This document shows positions 11,582-23,100 of a stretch of DNA of 64,000 nt, in pieces. The notes under the pieces are model-generated. The model was not told where the DNA came from. It made no database searches and was given only the letters and a program-made list of their open reading frames with translations. The stretch comes from Azolla caroliniana (lineage: Eukaryota > Plantae > Polypodiophyta), in assembly GCA_043228905.1 (NCBI GenBank), contig JBHGNT010000015.1, positions 6,014,001 to 6,078,000 of the forward strand, given 5' to 3'. A program made the position numbers and the translations under genes. Within the stretch, counting starts at the first letter, position 1, and each line of letters begins with the position of its first letter.

Positions 11582-14500
11582 CTACCAAGGAGCCACAACC
11601 GGCGGCGGGGTAGTGTGCATGGAGGAGCTTGGTGAATTGGGTGGACACCATCGACTATAACCCCATTTGTTGTTTGGAAGGAGATGATGTTCTTGCTTGG
11701 CGACTGGAGGCATTCGCTTATGTGACACCATTCTAAACCTGAGGAGGCATTGTCTGTACATCACTTCGGGTTGGAGTACCCAAACTCGGATTGAGTGGTC
11801 GTTGTATTCTGTCTTGATGTTACACACGAAGGTTCCAAGGATGCATGATGTGGAACCATCGAAGCCACAGAAGTTGTCGTTGCATACTTCGAGGTCTGGG
11901 TGACCCAGCCGTCCCCATGTTTCGAAGGAGAAAAGGGTTAGTGATTCTCCTATGTCGTTTACCACCATTAAAGGTATCCAGTCAGCGAAGCATGGTAGTT
12001 GCATTGTCCCGCCATTAGAGTTGACTGCCTTAGCCATGGTTTCCGGGTGGGTGTCCCCTTGTCGTTTCAATTTCGCTTGCGCATTGCGAAGGTCGGTTTG
12101 GAGTTGGGCCATTCGTCCTTCGGATGCCTTAAGTTTGGCTTCTATTTCTCGTTGCCGAGCCGTGAGTAGAGCTTCGAGAGTGAGGGGTCCATAGTAATGT
12201 TTGAGCTTGCTCCCATTGATGAATCTGGGGATGTCGAGGCCCTCGAGCATGTGTATTCGACATGCTCCTGTCTTGGTAATCTCTGAAATCACATATGGGC
12301 GTTCACCACGTAATTTAAGCTTCTTTTTGTGCCGTTGAGAGGCGAATTTGAGAGCCATGGCTCCTTCAGCGAGATCTTTATCTCTTACTTTGTTGTCGTG
12401 CCATGCCTTCTCTGCCAAAAGTGCTTGGAATGCGAGAAGGCGAGTTTCGGTCAGCCGTTCTAGGTTCTCTAGGCGTGACGGGAGGGGGTCCCCGTCCCAT
12501 CGTTCTTGTATGGCTATCCTGAGGATGGGGACAAGGAATTCGATGGGCAATATTGCTTCTTGTCCATATAATAGTTTAAATGGCATGTGGCGAGTTGCAA
12601 CTTTGTAGGAATTGCGGAAACCCCATAATGCCGCTTGGAGTTTGGTGCTCCAATCAGACCGCGAGGCGGCGATTATCTTTGCGAGCACTACGCATAACAC
12701 CTTATTCGTGCTTTCCACTTGTCTGTTGCACCGAGGGTAATAAGGGGAACTCTTGTGGTGTGTCACCATAAATTCACCTAGTAGATGTGCTATTACTTCG
12801 TTGAGGAAATGGGAGCCTTGATCGCTAATGATCTCGAGCAGACATCCAAACCATGATATGACATTTTCGTATAGGAATTTGGCGGTGCTACATGCGTCGG
12901 CATTAACGCAAACTTTAGCTTCCACCCACTTGGTAGCGTAGTTAGTGACAATTATTATGCATCGATTGAGGTTGGAAATTGGGTTGATTGGGCCGATAAA
13001 ATCGATACCCCATTTCTCGAACGGTTGCCCTGCCACCACCGGGTTTAATGTGTTGAAATCTGCTTTTAGCAGATGTTTGAAACGTTGACAGTCATCACAT
13101 TGGCGTACATACTCATATGTGTCTTTGAAGAGTGTTGGCCACCATAGGCTGGATTTGAGGATCTTGCATGCGGTGACCTCGTGATTGAAATGACTGCTTC
13201 CGCTTCTGCAATGATCTTGTTCGAGGACGGTGACGACGTCATGGTCCGTTACACACCTCCGAAGTACATCATCGTTACCTCTTCGGTACAAGTTGGCTCT
13301 GAGCATCATGAAGGGGCCACATTTTCTTAACAAGACACGTGCATGTGCCTGGCTTAGTTGTTTTAGGAAGGATGCCCCTTAAGTTAAGACACGAACAATG
13401 TCTGATTCCCATGCTAGTACGGCATCGATCGTGAATAATGCTGCATCTGGTGTTTCATCGTCGACCCCAGTGGCTTCTTCTCCGTTTGGTATTCGGGAGA
13501 AATGATCGGCGAATACATGGTCGTTTCCTTCTCTCACCACCACCTTGAAGTCGAACTCGAGTAACGTTACGATCCATCGTGATATGCGTCCTATGGTGTG
13601 AGTTTTGTTTACCAAGTAGAGGAGCGCTTGATGATCTAGAAAAAACGAGAAACGTGATGCCAAGAGGTAATGGCGGAATTTTTTTACGCTGTAAACCATG
13701 GCCAAAGCTTCTCGTTCCGTCGTGGAGTAATTTTGTTCCGCGGGCGTTCAGTTGACGACTAGCGAAGGTGATCGGTAGGTCGAGTGTCCCTTTGCCAGGT
13801 TGAGCTAGCACTACACCAATCGTGAAGGCGAAAGCGTCGGTGTGAACGTGGAATTCTTTGGTCCAGTATGGGGATCGGAGGATGGGGGTCTTAGTTAAGA
13901 ACTCTTTCAAGAGCTTGAACAAGTGTGTTCAAGAGCTTGAACGAGTGTGTGCACTGCTTTAGTAGGGCGTAGAGTGGTCTGGCCTTGTCTACGAACATCT
14001 TAATGAAGCGTCTATAGTAACCTGCGTATCCCATGAACCCTTGTAGTTGTTTCTTGTTTGCGGGAGGTGGCATGTCTAGGATGAGTTTTACTTTTGCCTC
14101 ATTAGTTGAGATCCCATGTCGGGACACAACATGACCTAATATTAATCCGTGCTTGACCCAGAACTGACACTTGAGTGGGTTGAGGGAGAGTCGATAGGCC
14201 CTACATTTTCCAAACGTCAAGCGGAGTAGGGCCAAGTGGTCATGCCATTTCGAATGGCAACATAAATCGTCGAAATAGGACTCCACCCCTTGTCATAACT
14301 TTGCTGCGAAGATATGGTTCGCCACCTTTTGATAGGTGCTCAGGGCACTTGTGAGCTCGAAAGGCATCTGCTTATACGCGAACATACCAAATTCAGTGGC
14401 GAAGGTCGTCTTGTGTTGATCCTTAGGCACCACCGAGATTTGGTTGTACCTCGAGAACCCATCGATGAAGCTATAAGCTTCATCTCCCACGATTCTTTTG

Positions 14501-14991
14501 AGTACATGCTCGATGTAGGATACCGGGTAGTTGTCCTTGATGGTGGCTTCGTTGACCTGGCGGTAGTCGACACATATGCGGATTTGGTCGGGACGACTAT
14601 GATCAGGGAGACCCAAGTGGTTCGTCTGATCGGGTAGATGATGCCAGCGTCTAACATTTTGTTGATTTCTGCTTTTACTTGTTGGGCATAGTTAGGGTTC
14701 ATCGAGTGCGGCCTTTGTCGAATTGGGCGGGCGGCTCGCATGGGGATACTATGGGTGACGACCTATGCTAACACGTCGCTAAATTCCGTGAGGGTGATCA
14801 AGGAAGTCTCCTCGTCCGACTGGAGATTTGTGGCTATGAACACTGGTTTGGAGTCCATCTCCTTCCCGAGGTTGATTTCTTTAACCCTCGCCGGTCTATC
14901 ACATACCTCACCTAGGCTTTGAGGGGTACGTTGTGGTCTCTTACAAGCCACTGCCCGATTCCCTTGTTCATAAAGTTTGAATTGCTCTGGG
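11582..14991 (-). pseudogene. Athila-like pol: RT, RNase H, integrase and long C-terminal extension
   Basis: IRICVDYR, YFDD, HTDA, ADHFSRI, KWGIDFIGPI, IISDQGSHF motifs; many frameshifts. Confidence 0.9.
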
Positions 14992-14996
14992 AAGTC

Positions 14997-15697
14997 TATT
15001 GGGAGACAGGTCCCTCCGGATGGGAAGGGAGAAGAACAGTGCCGATGAACAAAGTCGGCCGAGGCCGAAACCGTATGAGGTGGACCCGGCTACGGAGAGC
15101 CGGATGATACAGACCCAGTGAAGACCGGATGAGGAGTACCCGGCTATGGAGAGCCGGATGATACAGACCCGGTGAAGACCGAATGAGGAGTACCCGGTTA
15201 CGGAGAACCGGATGGTACGGACCCGGTGAGAGCCGGATGAAGAGACATATTCGTAAATATGTTTCTAAGAGTCCATCGAGGCTATATTTGTAAATAGCCG
15301 AAAAGTCATATTAGTATAAATATGACTTAGGGCAAACTTTTATATAGTAGTTGTCATTCTTGTTGGAAAAAGTATAGAGAGAGCGCGTAACTGTGTACAC
15401 AGAGAGAGAGAGAGAGAGAGAAAGAGGTCGTTGCGTCTGTTGTAACCGCCGCCTGTGGCGAAGATCTGTGAGCACGAGGTCGTTGCCTCAGTGAACTCAC
15501 TGTTGTACATTCTTACATAGTGACAGTTTGCAGCATGTGGGCTGCCGTGGTTTTTCCCCTAGTTTGGGGTTTTCCACGTAAACCTCCTGTGTATCTTCCT
15601 CTTCTTTGTGTCGTGTTTTATTTCCCGTTTTTCTGTGTATCATTCTAAGCTCGGTTGTGGCTGAGCGTTGTGCATAAGGAGCGTTGAGTTCCCGTCA
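14997..15697 (+). mobile_element. Solo LTR related to the copia A family
   Basis: Starts tattgggagacaggtccctccggatggg (A-family LTR start), ends ..gtca; TSD AAGTC at 14992-14996 and 15698-15702; internal tandem units of about 56 bp. Confidence 0.88.
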
Positions 15698-15702
15698 AAG
15701 TC

Positions 15703-17807
15703 CACCTCTGTCGAGGTCTTCCGAGTGGTCGTAGCCTCATCTTGACATATGACTCGTTATGCCAGGTCTTCATCTTTTACGTCTACTTGTTTTTGCTGGG
15801 GTACGAGGGTGGTGACGTTAAAGCAAGAGATCATGTCTCCATCCTTGTCGCAACACTTGGTACCAATGGGATACATTGCGTCGGTCGTGGCGAGAGTGTG
15901 GACCCAATTCATCCTTGACGTATCGGAAGCTATGGATTGGTCTTCTCTTTCTCTTGCATTCTCCGCTTTAGCATTGGCTGATTTTTGGGGGAACGGTTCA
16001 CACCTAGCCAAGATCTGAACTGTTTTTGTGGGGTTGCACGCTAGAATGTTGGTCTCGAACTCGGTGGTTTCTGACTAGTCGTCCACGAGAGGGTTGCCCT
16101 CTTGTTCATGCACTTTTTGTGCGTATGCTTTGATGCGGAATGTATTGTTCTTTTTACACATATACATTGTATCATTCCCAAAATCCATTACCAAGCGGCT
16201 TACCCATAGGAATGGTCTTCCTAGTAAGCACTCATAGGCCACATGATTGGATGATCTTGTGACGACCAAGCTGAGATTGAACTCGACTCCGAGGATAGTG
16301 AGGTGATGTGCAGGGATCATGCCTTCCAACCGTTGGCTGGACCCATCTGCCATTCGTAGTTTGACATCTGAAGGAAGCATTTTTAGGTTCCCCCACTTAC
16401 ACCAACATTCGTAGCTGACGATACTTACCCCTACTCCGGTGTCAATGATTGCATCACACGTCGTACCATTGACGCAAACGGGTAGAGTGAAGCTAGTATC
16501 GTCGGTCTTGAAGTGAGCTTCGCATATATCGATTGGTGGTCCTTCGGGTTGCTTGAGGATTGTGGACGTATGAGGAATGTGGGTGTGTATCTTTTCTCCA
16601 TAACCTGCTGATAGGCTTCCATTGAGGCAGCGAAGGACGTCGTGCCATGGTTGGATGTCGAGTTTGAGTAGTTCTTCAAGCGTGAACTCTATTTCCTTGG
16701 CGAGTAGAGGTCGTAGTTGGGGGTTGTCGGTCACGAAGGTGCCAGTGTAGCTCTGTACTTTGCGTAATGTGAGTCGTAATCTTAAATTTAATATTTGTTA
16801 TAGCAGGGCTGTGTTGACCTCTTTGATCGGGTTAGGATGGCAGGTGGGGGTGTCCGTTGATGTGACGATGAGGGGAGGTGTATCTGTGTGTTGGGGTGGG
16901 GGGTTTACCCATTCTTCGAGTTGGTCGAAGTTTAAGCTCGAGAGACTAAGTGATTTTTCGAACTGGAGTTGGGCGAAGTTTAAGCTTGGGAGACTAAGTG
17001 ATTTTTCAAACTATTCGTGGCATATGACTTTAATGTACTCTTCGACCTTTTGTTTTTCAGCCACTAGGTTTGGGTATGCTGCTAGGTGTGCTGGTAGCTC
17101 TTGGTTAGGGTTGACGGGTATTGTTTCTACGTCTCCCTCCAGTTCTTGATCTTGTTTTGAGGCCTACGTGGATGCATTTTTTCTGGATTTTTGTCTCTTA
17201 CACATAGTCGCAGGGGGGCTTTGATCTTGGTATTTTAAGTTATGAGCTACTCTTTGTGCTTGTGTGATGACGTTGGCGCCAACCGTTGATGGTACGATAG
17301 ATAACATATTTGCGCCAATCTTTTTCTTCTTTTCTAGGCAATCAGGTACTAAGTGCTCCTTACCACACCCTAGGCATGATGCTTCTCTTTGGAACCACTC
17401 AATAAGGTCATGTGACTGTTGGATGAGACTTTGCGCCAATGGTTGTGGGGCTGTTTCGAGTGAGGGGTGTCATGGTCGTTGTGCCATCCGGTTGTAGTAT
17501 TCATGTTTGGTTGGGCACCTGCTAACCATATGTGGGCCTTGGCAGTTGAAACATTTCAATTCTGACCTCCTTAGACCATTATTGTTGTGATATCCCATCG
17601 ACGGCCCCCATTGTTCTCTTCTCAAGACATACACTGGTATTTGGCCACCTTCGAAGTCCACAAAGTGGGAAAACACTCTTCTTCAACACCATACTCTTAG
17701 TACGAGTCTTCATATTTGGGAGCGCTCGCCCCGACCTGGGTTTGGTTATCGGCGGTATATTCTAGTTCGGCGAGGCGAGTGCCAATACGCGGTAGTGGGG
17801 GTTGTTG
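15703..17807 (-). pseudogene. Athila-like gag C-terminus (two CX2CX3HX4C knuckles) and aspartic protease
   Basis: CFNCQGPHMVSRC, CLGCGKEHLVPDC, AIIDTGVGVSIVS...CLLGRPFL. Confidence 0.85.
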
Positions 17808-17812
17808 GGGAA

Positions 17813-20800
17813 TGTTGAGAATCAAGCTCAACTTGGTCTAGTGTGTGAACTCACCTTGAGAGTGAATAGACACTCCAACGGTCAAGAGTCACCACTATGT
17901 CACCACTTTGTATTCTAGCATTTAGTATGAGTCATAGAATCATATTCTATGACACATAACTTATGAGCTTTCACATTCCCCATGCTCCATGAGTCTTGTA
18001 GTTAATGAAGAGAGAGGGTGACTATATAAAGCACCCTCCTCCCACCTTGTATAGTGTTGAGTCTTTCTCCTTTGTGAATATACTTACCCTTGCGTATACT
18101 CTGTGTCTTTCACTCTCTCTCTCTCTCATACACACACACATAGTTCACACCTATTCCGCTACACAAGAATCATACTCGATTCTTTACATGGTATTGGAGA
18201 GATTTGGTAGCTCGATCTAGCCCATTCGCCTCATCGTGATCGTGTGTTGTGCTCCACGCCGACGACCAAGAACCGGCTCATCGCTATCGTAGCTTCACTA
18301 CATAGCATGCATTCGAAGAGAGAAGAAGAAGAAGGAGAAGAATAGACATAATGAATACTCAAATGGGGAGCGCTCTCCCTACCGAGAAGTTGGATCGAAA
18401 CAACTTCGCATATTTGGAGTACAAGATGCACCAATACCTTGTCGGACAAGGCTATTGGAGCTACATCAAAGGAGTGCATGAAGACTGACCCGCCGAAGCG
18501 GCTCTTGGATATGCGACATGGGAGCAAGCCGCAAGCCGCGTGATGTATTGTTTGGCAACATGTATTCATGAACACATGCTCGGTTACATTCGAGAAGCAA
18601 AGACGCCGAAGGAAGCGTGGGAAAATATACGAAAGATTTTCGCCGCCAACACGACCGCGAGGAAGCTTCAACTCCTCCAAGAGTTGAACAACATTCAACA
18701 AAGGGACATGTCCATCACGACATACACCTCAAAGATCAAGGAGCTTTGCGATTCACTCGGCTCAATAAGAGTAAATATCAATGATGATGAGATGGTTCAA
18801 ATATGCCTCAACGGCCTCGCACCACGGTTTGGCGCAATGCGAACCACCGTTCTAGCACGGAAGAAATCTCCCTCCTTCTTTGAGCTCCAATCAATGCTAT
18901 TGGTCAAAGAAAACCACGTGCATATAATGAGCAATGAGTCGGAAGGCCACATGCTCTACACGCACTCAAACGGAGGAAGAGGACGTGGACGAGCAAGAGG
19001 CCGATTCGGCCAAGGACAAGGCGGACGAGGTCCGACCTACGACAACAACTCCCAATTTCGGCCGCAAAACGGAAGCCAACATGGAACCTTTGCAAGAAGG
19101 GGGAGCTTCCACTCTGGCCTGAGCTGTCAAAACGCAACCGAATGCGGATATTGCGGAAAGCTCGGCCACCACGAAGAAGAGTGCCGAAAGAAGATGCGTG
19201 AATCGGCTTCCACAAGCCGATAACTCACAAATTACGCACACAACTCCGACTACGAAGATCGTGGCGGAATGTATGCACACAACTCCGACCGTGGCAGAAT
19301 GTACGGGCACAACTCCGACTACGAAGATCATAGCGGAATGTATGCACACAACTTCGACCGTGGTGGAATTTTCATGATGAAACATAGAGGAAACTCTATG
19401 TTTGCCGCTACCTCAACTAGTGCCTCTGGTCTGGAAGACGTATGGTTCGTCGATTCCAGTGCCTCGAACCATATGACATCGCATCAAGAATGGTTCCGAG
19501 AATTTCGAGAGCCGGACCGACCCGACTATGTCGAAACCGGAGATGACACTATGCACCCGATTCGGCACATCGGCAATGTTCTGTTCAGAAAAGAAGGTAA
19601 GCAAAATTACATTAAAAATGTCTTGCATGTACCGACCATTATGAAGAATTTGGTCTCCGTTGGCCAAATTGTAGAGCAAGGGATGCAAGTTCGATTTAAT
19701 CAAGGTGGTTGCTTCATCGAAAAAGAAGGCTGACTCATTGCACGTGGACGAAGAGAGGGCCGAATGTTCATTCTTGACTCACACGAGATGAAATCGGCCA
19801 TGTTCTCAAAGAGCACGAAAGCCGACTCCGACATAGAGCTATGGCACAAGCGAATCGGCCACATCAATCTCAACAAACTCAAATCAATGAAATCGAAAGG
19901 AGTCGTCATCGGACTCCCGACATTCAAAGAGAAGGAGATTGAAGGTGTATGTGAAGCGTGCCAATTCTGCAAGCAACACCGACACCCATTCCCGAAAGAG
20001 CGGAACGTGAGCAAAGGTCTACTCGACGTAGTCCATTCCGACGTATGGGGACCGGTGCAGACGGCTACATTTGGCAGATGCCGATATTACGTGCTCTTCA
20101 TCAACGACTTCTCTAGGCACACTTGGATCTACCCGATGCGGCAAAAGAGCGAAGTGTTCGGACACTTCCAAAAATTCAAGAATGAAGTCGAGAAAGCCAC
20201 GGGCCAACATGTACGATGCCTTCGATCGGATGGCGGCAAGGAGTACTTCTCGGATGATTTCACAGCGTATCTCCGAAAGGAAGGAATTCGGCGAGAATTC
20301 ACTTGCCGACACACTCCGCAACAAAACGGAGTAGCCGAGCGCAAAAATCGGCACATCCTCGAAGTAGCGCGGGCCATGATGAATGAGAAGCATATGACCA
20401 AGTCTTATTGGGCCGAAGCCGCAAATACAGCCATCTACCTAATGAACTGGTGCACAACATCCGGCGTGCACGAGGTCACTCCACACGAAAAATACTTCGG
20501 AAAGAAGCCAGACTTATCACACATCTGGATATTCGGCGTGATAGCGTACGTGCACATCCCCGACGAGAAGCGTCAAAAGCTTGACCCGAAGTCGGAGAAA
20601 TGTATCCTCGCAGGATACTCATTGGAGCAAAAGGGGTACAAGTGCTACAATCCCTCAACTCGAAAATCTCGAGTAAGTCGAGACGTCGTTTTTGACGAGT
20701 CTGCATCCTGGTACGCACCAGAGACAACTTCAACTCCGACTCCGCTTGACCCGGAATTCGCCAAACAAGAGATCGAGGATGAAGATCGCCCTATGTGCAT

Positions 20801-22912
20801 GATCGAAGAAAATCCGATCAGGACCCGACTGAGCGGACCACAAGAGCCTTTTAGCAATCAAAGCACATCACGGCCTAGCCCAAAGATGGACAAAGGCAAG
20901 GCGAAAATGTCGGAATACGAAGACGATCACTTTGACAACGATGAGTCGACTCACTCACTCGACAGTGAGTTCGACGGCTTCAATGTACCAATCGGAGCTA
21001 AGAAAGCCCTTATCTTTGCAAATGAAAAGCACTGCCGATCCACCCGTGAAAAGAACCCTGTAAGCCAATTCGGCTACAACGATTATATGGCGTACCATTA
21101 CGCCTTTATGATGAAGGTACCTAGAGATAGTACGGGAGCCGGAAACCTTTTCCAAAGCCGTGAAGGACCCACGATGGATCGAAGCAATGAACGAGGAGAT
21201 GCAGGCACTATGGAAGAATGAGACGTGGGATCTCGTTCCCACCTCACCGCTCAAAAAGACGATCGGATGCAGATGGATTTACAAAGTGAAGTACAACACC
21301 GACGGTTCCGTCAACCGCTACAAAGCGCGACTCATAGCGAAAGGATACACTCAGACGCATGGTGTCGATTACGAAGAAACCTTTGCCCCGGTGGCAAAGA
21401 TGACGAGTTCGAGATGACGGACATGAAGGAGCTCCACTACTTCCTCGGCATCGAGGTAATTCGGACTCCGGTCGGAATCATGATCTCTCAACGGCACTAC
21501 ATCCTCAACTTGTTATACAAGTTCGGTATGGTTGAGTGCAAATCCGCGGCAACCCCGCTCGATCGCAATCTCAAACTGGATGCGAACTCCGGCACCAAAG
21601 TGTGTGAGCCGACTCAGTATCGGCAACTCATCGGGAGTCTCATCTACCTCACGATCACTCGACCCGATCTCAGTTATCCGTTCGGTCTTCTTAGTCAATT
21701 CATGCAAACACCGCGTGATATTCACTTGGATTGCGCTAAGTGAGTTCTACGATACGTGAGCAGCACAATGGATTGCGGCATCCTCTACAAGCCCACGATG
21801 CCAATACGACTCAAGGGGTACACAGACGTTGGTTGGGCCGGTTACAAAGCCGATAGAAGATCAACCTCCAGATGTGTTTTCTCCCTCAGCAGCGGAGCAA
21901 TATCTTGGAGTAGCAAGAAGCAGCCTACCGTCGCTCTTTCGAGTACGGAGGCGGAATACAGGGGTGCAGCCGTAGCTGCGTGTGAAGCCGTATGGCTCAA
22001 GAGGATTTTGAAGGATCTGGGTGTACCCATCAAGGATTCGACTCCCCTTTACTACGACAACATGAGCAATATCTATCTGGCTCGGAACCCGGTGTTCCAC
22101 ACGCGGACAAAGCACATCGAAGTGCACTATCACTTCATCTGAGAGCGCATTCTAGTTGGCGATGTCGACCTACAACACATTAGCACAAATCTTCAAACGG
22201 GCGACATCTTCACTTAAGCCTTAGGAGCCAACAAGCTATGGCAATTCATGACCGATCTCAGATTAACGATCCCTGACCTACCAAGCTTGAGGGGGAGTAC
22301 GCAAGACACTACGCAATCGCAATAACGCGTAGATTCCGCAACCGCGCAAAGCCACGAAGAAAGACGCAAGCCGAAGCACAAACTTCACAACTATGCACAA
22401 TGCAAGCTGGAGCACGGATTCCACAACTCCGCATAAATGTGAATCGACGCGAGTCGACGCGGACTCCGGAACGCGAGTCGAAGCGTATTTTGGATACCGT
22501 CTAAAACCGACCCGACTTGAGCATGAGGGGGTGTGTTGAGAATCAAGCTCAACTTGGTCTAGTGTGTGAACTCACCTCGAGAGTGAATAGACACTCCAAC
22601 GGTCAAGAGTCACCACTATGTCACCACTTTGTATTCTAGCATTTAGTATGAGTCATAGAATCATATTCCATGACACATAACTTATGAGCTTTCACATTCC
22701 CCATGCTCCATGAGTCATGTAGTTAATGAAGAGAGAGGGTGACTATATAAAGCACCCTCCTCCCACCTTGTATAGTGTTGAGTCTTTCTCCTTTGTGAAT
22801 ATACTTACCCTTGCGATACTTTGTGTCTTTCACTCTCTCTCTCTCTCTCTCATACACACACACACAGTTCACACCTATTCCGCTACACAAGAATCATACT
22901 CGATTCTTTACA
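17813..22912 (+). mobile_element. Ty1/copia element B, degenerate
   Basis: LTRs 17813-18188 and 22534-22912; TSD GGGAA/AGGAA; degenerate iMet PBS 18189-18200; PPT about 22525-22531. Confidence 0.95.
18363..22300 (+). pseudogene. copia B gag-pol with stops and deletion of the RT YVDD core
   Basis: CGYCGKLGHHEEEC, WFVDSSASNHM, LRSDGGKEY; APVAKMT joins directly to EFEMTD near 21405. Confidence 0.92.
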
Positions 22913-23100
22913 AGGAAGTATTGCTGGTAGTTGTGGGCGCCTAAGCAGTGGAGGTGAGCGTGGGTGCTCCACCATTGGTGTTTGGCCATACGTTCCGTTT
23001 GGGGCTTGCCAACAGTTCTCTTGAGAATGCATCACAAAAGCTTTGCACTACTTAATGTATTGTGGTTGTCGTTGGTGGAGGAGGGGGCACTCATGCCCTG

